Shown: positions 58,065 to 64,000 of the stretch, piece after piece
Layout of the letters: each line of letters starts with the position of its first letter
How positions within the stretch are numbered: position 1 is the stretch's first letter
NCBI GenBank assembly: GCA_963817895.1
Contig: CAWFQB010000011.1
Location: 192,001 to 256,000, forward strand
Reading direction: 5' to 3'
From: an uncultured Chthonomonadaceae bacterium
GTDB lineage: Bacteria > Armatimonadota > Chthonomonadetes > Chthonomonadales > Chthonomonadaceae
DNA: 64,000 nt
Notes under the pieces: model-generated
The model's input: the letters and a program-made list of their open reading frames with translations, nothing else
Told to the model about the DNA's origin: nothing
Databases searched by the model: none
Program-made: the position numbers and the translations under genes

Positions 58065-59831
58065 ATGCCTCGTTACGCGCTGGCCCTGCTGCTTGCAGCG
58101 GGCGGCCTATGCCATGTCGCAAATGCGCAAAATTCAACGCCTGCGCCGGTTCAAACCCCGCTGCCCGCTCCGGCTGTCAATCCCAATCAGGTTCAAACGC
58201 CACCGATTGCGCCGCATACGCAGGATACGCCGGTTCCGCCCGCGATTATCATTCCGTTGCCGCCGACGCCGACGCCCGACATTCCCAACCGGCCGATTAC
58301 GGCGGATGAGGCGGCGCGTATCGCGCTGCGCTTGCAGCCGAATGTGGCGATTGCCCGCGCCAATATTGCCGCGCAACAGGGACGGACACAGCAGGTGCGC
58401 TCCGGGCTGCTGCCGCAGGTGTCGCTGTTTGGCAGTTATACCCATATCGAAACGCTTTCCACAGAACGGGGCGGCGGAACGTCTACGCCGGTGAGTACGG
58501 GGGGTACAACGGGTACAACAGGCTCCAGTGGCAGTACAAGCACTGGCGGGAGTGGAACCGGCACAACGGGAAGCAGTTCGGGAACGGGTTCCACGTCTAC
58601 GGGCGGGGTTGGCACAACCGGAGGCAGCACGTCAGGAACGGGGGGTGGAACCGGTGGAAGCGGCACGGGAACCGGGAGTACCACAACCGGCAGTGGCGGA
58701 ACGGGGAGTACAGGGGGCAGCAGCACAGGCGGCGGCTCCTCGACGGGAACAAGTACGGGAACTACGGGCGGAACCGGCGGCCCGACAACCGTAACGCAAC
58801 TGGGCGCATCCAGCGTGGCATCGGGCGAAGGGTTGATTGGGCAGGCTACCCTGCGCCAGTTGATTTATGACTTTAATCATACCCGAGATTTAGTGCGGCA
58901 GTCCGAAACCCTTGAACGAGTTGCCCTGCAAAACCTGACGCGGGTTCAGTATGATCTCGTCTTGCAGGTAAAGCAGGCGTATTATCAACTGGTACAGTAC
59001 GGGCAACTGGTTCGCGTGAACGAGGAGAACGTTGCCAACCGTCAGGAACAACTCAACCTCGCCAACGCCCGTTTACTCTCCGGGCTTGGCTTGCCGCAGG
59101 ACGTAGTGACGGCGCAAACGGCCAAAGCCGAAGCCGTGCAGCAATTGAACATAGCGCGCGGACTGGAGGGAATTGCTCGCCAGAACCTTGCCCTGCTGAT
59201 CGGCATTGATTCGCGCACACCCATCCAAATCGCTGATAGCGGGGAACCGCCTGTAACGACGGATGACGTAAACGCCCTGATTCAATCCGCTTTACAGCGC
59301 CGCCCGGAAGTGCTGCAAGCGCAGGAACAGATTCGCGCGTCCCGCTACGGCGTGAGCGCGGCCCGTTCCACCAATGCCCCGGTTGTTTCCGGCAACCTCA
59401 ACCTTACGTCACGCGGCACGGATTTCCCGCCCGGTAACGACTCGTTCAGCATCGGCGCGTCCATTCAATTCTCTCCCTTTGATGGCGGGCTGACGCAGGG
59501 GCGCGTGAAGGAAGCCCGCGCCAATCTCGACGCGAGTACCGCCGCGCTCCTCGCCGCCCAACTCGCCGTGCAAACCGATGTGACGCAGGCATACTTAAAT
59601 CTGCGCACGGCAGAGCAGCGAGTCGCCGCAACCCTCACGGAAGTCGCCAACGCCGAAGAGGGCGTCCGCATCGCAACGGGACGCTACCGTTCCGGGTTGG
59701 GCCAGTTTCTCGACATCATCAACGCGCAGTCCTTCCTCCTCTCCGCCCGCACCAATCTCGTCACCACGCAGGCACTGGTAGAACAAAACCGCGCCGCCCT
59801 CAACCGCGCGATTGGCACACCAGTACGATAA
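58065..59831 (+). CDS. TolC family outer-membrane efflux protein with a long Gly/Thr/Ser insertion
   Basis: Signal peptide and two OEP repeats (LLPQVSL...QLIYDF; ALQRRPEV...SPFDGG; RYRSGLGQFLDI). Confidence 0.9.
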   Translation: MPRYALALLLAAGGLCHVANAQNSTPAPVQTPLPAPAVNPNQVQTPPIAPHTQDTPVPPAIIIPLPPTPTPDIPNRPITADEAARIALRLQPNVAIARANIAAQQGRTQQVRSGLLPQVSLFGSYTHIETLSTERGGGTSTPVSTGGTTGTTGSSGSTSTGGSGTGTTGSSSGTGSTSTGGVGTTGGSTSGTGGGTGGSGTGTGSTTTGSGGTGSTGGSSTGGGSSTGTSTGTTGGTGGPTTVTQLGASSVASGEGLIGQATLRQLIYDFNHTRDLVRQSETLERVALQNLTRVQYDLVLQVKQAYYQLVQYGQLVRVNEENVANRQEQLNLANARLLSGLGLPQDVVTAQTAKAEAVQQLNIARGLEGIARQNLALLIGIDSRTPIQIADSGEPPVTTDDVNALIQSALQRRPEVLQAQEQIRASRYGVSAARSTNAPVVSGNLNLTSRGTDFPPGNDSFSIGASIQFSPFDGGLTQGRVKEARANLDASTAALLAAQLAVQTDVTQAYLNLRTAEQRVAATLTEVANAEEGVRIATGRYRSGLGQFLDIINAQSFLLSARTNLVTTQALVEQNRAALNRAIGTPVR

Positions 59832-59838
59832 AAATCTT

Positions 59839-59960
59839 TCACTACAGAGGCACAGAGACACAGAGGTTTCACAGAGAAAAACGAGGAGAGAAGAACCAAT
59901 CCTCCTCTTCATCTTTCTTAACCTCTGTGACCCCTCTGTGTCTCTGTGCCTCTGTAGTGA
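59839..59960. repeat. Long hairpin of the (CACAGAG)/(CTCTGTG) family between convergent genes
   Basis: 38-bp arms TCACTACAGAGGCACAGAGACACAGAGG..TCACAGAG with 2 mismatches. Confidence 0.9.
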
Positions 59961-59965
59961 GAAAT

Positions 59966-60955
59966 TTATTCGCAGGTATAGTCGTTGGCTCGGCGGAGTT
60001 CGGCGAAGAAGAGGTATTGCTGCGCCCATCCCGCATACGCGCCGAAGCGGGAGCGGTAGGCGTCGGCAAGCGCGTTGTAGATGCGGGGCGTGAGGGATTT
60101 GTCGGCGAGTTCGGGGGCGAACAGGCGGACGGCGATCTGGCGAACGTGCGTATCTATGGGAACCGCGCCGTTTTTATCCAGACAGAACAGGCAGATGCAG
60201 TCGGCGAGTTTCGCGCCGATGCCGAACAGTTCGCAGAGCGCGGCATGGGCATCGGCGTAAGAAGCCTGTCGTAAGGAATCCAGCCAATCCGGGGGCAGAG
60301 GTTGGAAATGGCGGGCGAGAGCGATCACGCGCGGGGCGCGGTAGCCCCATAATCCGGCGCGTAAAACAGATTCGTCCGCAGCGGCAAGAGCGTCAAGAGT
60401 GGGAAACGCGAAGAAGCCATGAAATGGAGTGGCAGAGGCTGGGAATGTTGGCGGTTGGGGAAGGCCGGTTTCTATGGGCTGGCCGTAATGCGCGGCAAGG
60501 TGGGTCACGCTACGCTCGATCTTGACGACCGTATTGCATGACGCGCACAGAAACGCGAAGAAACACTCTAATGTGGGTTGACGCAACACGCGCAAACCCC
60601 GAAACGACATGACCGCTTCCGCCATGCGCGGCTCATTTCGTGTCCACTCCGCGTACAACGGCAGCAAATCCACATCCAAATTGAAGTAGTCGCGTACCAA
60701 CTCGCGCTGATTGGGCTGCGGAAACGTTTGCCAGTGGAGCGGACTGTCCGGCCTTCCCTCCTCCTGCCACGCAGCTATGACCGTTTGCCCCACCACTCCC
60801 CACCACACGCCCTGCGTATCCCGCTTCCAGTGAAAATTTTGCCCGCTCGCTACCGTAGCCGCCAGATGAAACGGCTGATTGGCGAGGGATTCGATATTCC
60901 ATATTGGTGATTGGTAGTTAGTGGCTGGTGGCGGGTTGGTGACGGTCTGCAACAT
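59966..60955 (-). CDS. 8-oxoguanine DNA glycosylase (Ogg, HhH-GPD family)
   Basis: SGQNFHW, GLRVLRQ, GLWGYRA, HhH motif LFGIGAKLADCICLF, PIDTHV and AGWAQQYLF. Confidence 0.9.
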   Translation of the reverse strand: MLQTVTNPPPATNYQSPIWNIESLANQPFHLAATVASGQNFHWKRDTQGVWWGVVGQTVIAAWQEEGRPDSPLHWQTFPQPNQRELVRDYFNLDVDLLPLYAEWTRNEPRMAEAVMSFRGLRVLRQPTLECFFAFLCASCNTVVKIERSVTHLAAHYGQPIETGLPQPPTFPASATPFHGFFAFPTLDALAAADESVLRAGLWGYRAPRVIALARHFQPLPPDWLDSLRQASYADAHAALCELFGIGAKLADCICLFCLDKNGAVPIDTHVRQIAVRLFAPELADKSLTPRIYNALADAYRSRFGAYAGWAQQYLFFAELRRANDYTCE

Positions 60956-61050
60956 TTAACTCCGGTTGTGAGTGGATGTGTTTCTGCTCATTATACGTCC
61001 TTGTAGCAGGAAAGAGCAGCCATACCAACCACCAATCGCCAATCACCAAC

Positions 61051-62871
61051 CTAAGCCGCTTGCCGCTGCGCGTGACGGCCCCGCTTGTCCTCATACATGG
61101 CAGCGTCGGAGCGGCAGAGGAGTCCCTGCAAATCCATTGCCTCTTCGGGATAGATGGCGAGGCCGACGCTGATGCCGAGTTGCGGGAAGTCGGCATCGCG
61201 GGCAATCATTTTGTGGGCGTGGCGCTCTACCGCGAGTTTGAGTTTTTCCGCTACCACTTCCGCCGCCATGCGGCTGGCCCGCGTCAGCACAACCACGAAC
61301 TCATCCCCCGCATACCGCGCGGCCAGATCGTAACTGCGGACGTGCGTATTTAGAATGTCCGCCACATCCTTCAATATTTGGTCGCCCATGGCGTGTCCGT
61401 AGCGGTCATTGATGGGCTTGAACTTGTCAAGGTCAATATTCAGCACCGCGATAGAAGACTGGTCTCGGCCCGCCCGGTTGAGTTCGCGCTCCAGAAATTC
61501 GCGCAGAAAGCGGGCGTTGCGCAGGCCGGTCAGGGCGTCTGTGTATGCGGTCTCCTGCACTTCCGTAAACCGTCTGGCGTTGTCAATCGCCTGACTCGCC
61601 TGCGTTGCTACAAGCCGCAAAACGCGCTGCGCATCCGGGCTGAACGCTTCGGGCGACTCGGCGTACAGGTTCAGGGTTCCGATGGCCTTGCCGCCCACAA
61701 GCAACGGCACGATCAGCGTGGAGCGGAAAGGCGTCCAGGCATCGCTTACGTCGCGCAACGCCAAATCCTGCGGCATGAACGAGGCGCGTATCATTTCGCC
61801 CCTGCCGAACGCCCGTCCGGTCAGATAGGTTCCCATCCGCGCCAAACTTCCTAACAGATGCCGCTCGTTGACACCCTGCGCGGCGGCGCAGCGCAGAAAC
61901 TGCCCCTCATCATCCGGCAGAAACAGGGCGCAGGCGTCGCAGGATACGATCTGGCGGGTGCAGCCAAGCAGGGTATCCGCGACCGCTTCCAGATGCAGCG
62001 ACCCGGAAATGGACTGCACAAGAGTATACAGCCCCATTGTCTCCTGCTGCGCGGCGGCAATGTCGTCCAATGCCAGCCGCGCGTCACGACGGCTTCCCGG
62101 CTGCTGAAAGGGCGGCGCGAAAGTAAGAGGTGGCGCGCCCAGCGTGGTCACATCGGCGCGAATGGTGGCGGCAACGGCGCGGAAGGCGGCCAGCACGCCC
62201 GGATCGAACTGCGTTCCGGCTCGCGCTTCGATTTCGGCAATGGCCTCGTCGGGAGCATAGGCCGGACGGTAGGGACGGGGGCGTAGCAGGGCGCTGTACG
62301 CATTGGCTACGGCGAGAATTCGCGCGCCCAAAGGGATTGCCTCACCGCGCAGATTGTCGGGATAGCCGTTGCCGTCCCAATGCTCGGCATGGTGGCGTAT
62401 CAGCGGCACGACTGGCCAGGGGAACGGAATAGACGCGATAATTCGCGCGCCCAAAACAGGATGCGCGCGAAGTTTTTCCTGCTCTTCGGGCGTCAGGGTG
62501 CCGGATTTGTGGAGAATGTGTTCGGGTACGCCCAATCTTCCGATGTTATGGAGCAGGCAGGCGGCGCGGAGGGCGGCGGTGTCCTCTTCCCCAAGCGCGA
62601 GGATGCGAGCGATTCCCAGAGCGCACTGCTGTACGCAGTCCAGATGCCCCATGCTGTTCGTATCGCTCGCTTCAAATGCGTATGCGAGGGCCTCGATGGT
62701 GGAAAAGCACAGGTGACGCTCATGCGAACGATTGGCCTGCGCCTGTGAAGTCAGGGCGCGAGAATTTTTCCGCTGCGCCTGCCCCCACGCCAGTCTGCCC
62801 GCCATGCTCGCCGCCATGCCGCCCGCCACCAGCAATCCCGAATGAATCCACGAGTTCATTAACAAGTCCAT
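61051..62871 (-). CDS. Membrane-anchored HD-GYP (degenerate) + GAF + GGDEF protein
   Basis: HHAEHWDGNGYP, a GAF region, TDALTGLRN, DLDKFKPINDRYGH and RSYD...RYAGDEF. Confidence 0.9.
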   Translation of the reverse strand: MDLLMNSWIHSGLLVAGGMAASMAGRLAWGQAQRKNSRALTSQAQANRSHERHLCFSTIEALAYAFEASDTNSMGHLDCVQQCALGIARILALGEEDTAALRAACLLHNIGRLGVPEHILHKSGTLTPEEQEKLRAHPVLGARIIASIPFPWPVVPLIRHHAEHWDGNGYPDNLRGEAIPLGARILAVANAYSALLRPRPYRPAYAPDEAIAEIEARAGTQFDPGVLAAFRAVAATIRADVTTLGAPPLTFAPPFQQPGSRRDARLALDDIAAAQQETMGLYTLVQSISGSLHLEAVADTLLGCTRQIVSCDACALFLPDDEGQFLRCAAAQGVNERHLLGSLARMGTYLTGRAFGRGEMIRASFMPQDLALRDVSDAWTPFRSTLIVPLLVGGKAIGTLNLYAESPEAFSPDAQRVLRLVATQASQAIDNARRFTEVQETAYTDALTGLRNARFLREFLERELNRAGRDQSSIAVLNIDLDKFKPINDRYGHAMGDQILKDVADILNTHVRSYDLAARYAGDEFVVVLTRASRMAAEVVAEKLKLAVERHAHKMIARDADFPQLGISVGLAIYPEEAMDLQGLLCRSDAAMYEDKRGRHAQRQAA

Positions 62872-62959
62872 TTTTAGTTTCCGCCCCCGCCATGAGATAC
62901 ATTAATTGTGCCAGAAACCGCGTATTGCCCCCCTGTTAATGATGCGTGAAAGTAAGCCA

Positions 62960-63788
62960 CTAGCCACTTTTCAAAAAACGACTGATCGCCAGTCCCTCCT
63001 CGGAGGTAAGCTGTTCGAAGCAGATCATGGCCTGATGCGAGGAAGCGGCGCGGGTGCGCTCACTGCGCAGAACGCGCCCCGTGAGCGTGAAGCGCTGTTT
63101 TGCCTGGACTGCCTGTGCCGCCGAACTCGTTGCGGATTGTTCGTTAAGATTGTCGGGGCTGATCGGAAGGGCGAATTGAAGCGCGACGCGCTGTTGCAGG
63201 GGCAGGCAAACATGCGTTCGCAGGCGTATCCCGTTTGCGCTCATGTCTACCGCCCAGCCACTCTCCCAACACTCCTCCGCCGCGTCGTCCCACTGTTGCA
63301 AAGGCGCGTGACGCGTTGCCCGCGCTTCCAGTTCGGGGCGCAGCAGGACGGCGATGCGGGACCAGCGGCGCGGCCCAAGTCGGCGTTCCTCCTTTTGCTG
63401 GCACTGCCACAGGTGAACAGTAATTTCCCGGCTTCTGGACCGCGCAACGGAAGCGGAAGGCTGTTTCAATTCCAGTTCCAAACTCATACTTCGTTATGGC
63501 TTCTTCCGAAGCGCGGTGCGCCACAACAATCCCCTCTGCCTCGCAGCGATACGGCCCGTCGCTGAATGTGAAGCGTACCAGCGACCCCCAGTGCAGGCAC
63601 GACACGGAAGCGTCAGCAGGCAGGGCCAGCGTCGCCCAATCGCCGTGCAAATCCAGCAGGCGGGCATCGTAGCGCGCGAGGGGCTGATAAAGATTGTTCA
63701 GCACATCCAGAGGAACAAAAATATCGGAAATTTGTTGCAGTATCACATGCAATCCTTCAGGTTGGCATTGGTGTGGAAATACTTCCAT
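62960..63788 (-). CDS. YcgR-like PilZ-domain protein, frameshifted near 63480
   Basis: An N-terminal beta domain lies in ORF 63144..63788. PilZ motifs RRLGPR (RxxxR) and DMSANG (DxSxxG) lie in ORF 62960..63487. Confidence 0.7.
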
Positions 63789-63817
63789 TATGTGTTCATG
63801 TCAAGCTAACCACCAAA

Positions 63818-64000
63818 TTATGTCAGTTGCAGCAGGAAACGATGCAGTTGAACCTGATCTATGCGCGGCACACTGAGGAAGCGAATGGCGACGGCATACT
63901 CCAAAACGCCTTCCGGCGTTTTGACAGGCTCTTTGAGCATGGTGCAACGCACGACGCTTCCCTCGGCATGGATAATCTCTTTGTCATTCAGGCGAATACG
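63818..64000 (-). CDS. C-terminal part of a second probable PilZ-domain protein (continues beyond the window)
   Basis: Open frame RIRLNDKEIIHAEGSVVRC...YAVAIRFLSVPRIDQVQLHRFLLQLT*, typical of PilZ C-termini. It is not in the ORF track. Confidence 0.6.
   Translation of the reverse strand, partial: RIRLNDKEIIHAEGSVVRCTMLKEPVKTPEGVLEYAVAIRFLSVPRIDQVQLHRFLLQLT

Overview
A 64-kb, fairly GC-rich bacterial chromosome segment. The gene style suggests Armatimonadota, but this is low-confidence inference. Housekeeping genes include aroA, mobA, a Xer recombinase, holB, cysS, rpmE2 and an Ogg glycosylase. Several accessory modules are present: (1) an ECF-like sigma factor, a tandem zinc-finger transmembrane anti-sigma, an exported PDZ-TPR-CHAT caspase-like protease and a BTAD-TPR regulator (0.6-8.3 kb); (2) a TIGR04222-type membrane protein with a 7-Cys poly-Gly tail, a DUF692/MNIO enzyme, a helical partner protein and an exported thioredoxin (11.4-15.3 kb), the best candidate for an uncharacterised protein-modification system; (3) a Spy-like protein, a YHYH protein and an MbnP-MbnH fusion, interrupted by an IS5-family element (38.4-44.3 kb); (4) two type II toxin-antitoxin loci; (5) an RND efflux operon with long low-complexity insertions; (6) a c-di-GMP cluster. 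The DNA holds many palindromic and short tandem repeats (REP doublets, a TAA-flanked MITE, 7-10-bp unit hairpins). One three-hairpin element sits in frame inside the MbnH domain. Many genes are split by indels in patches, most likely assembly errors. No rRNA, tRNA or CRISPR array was seen. All family assignments come from motif recognition by eye, without database searches.
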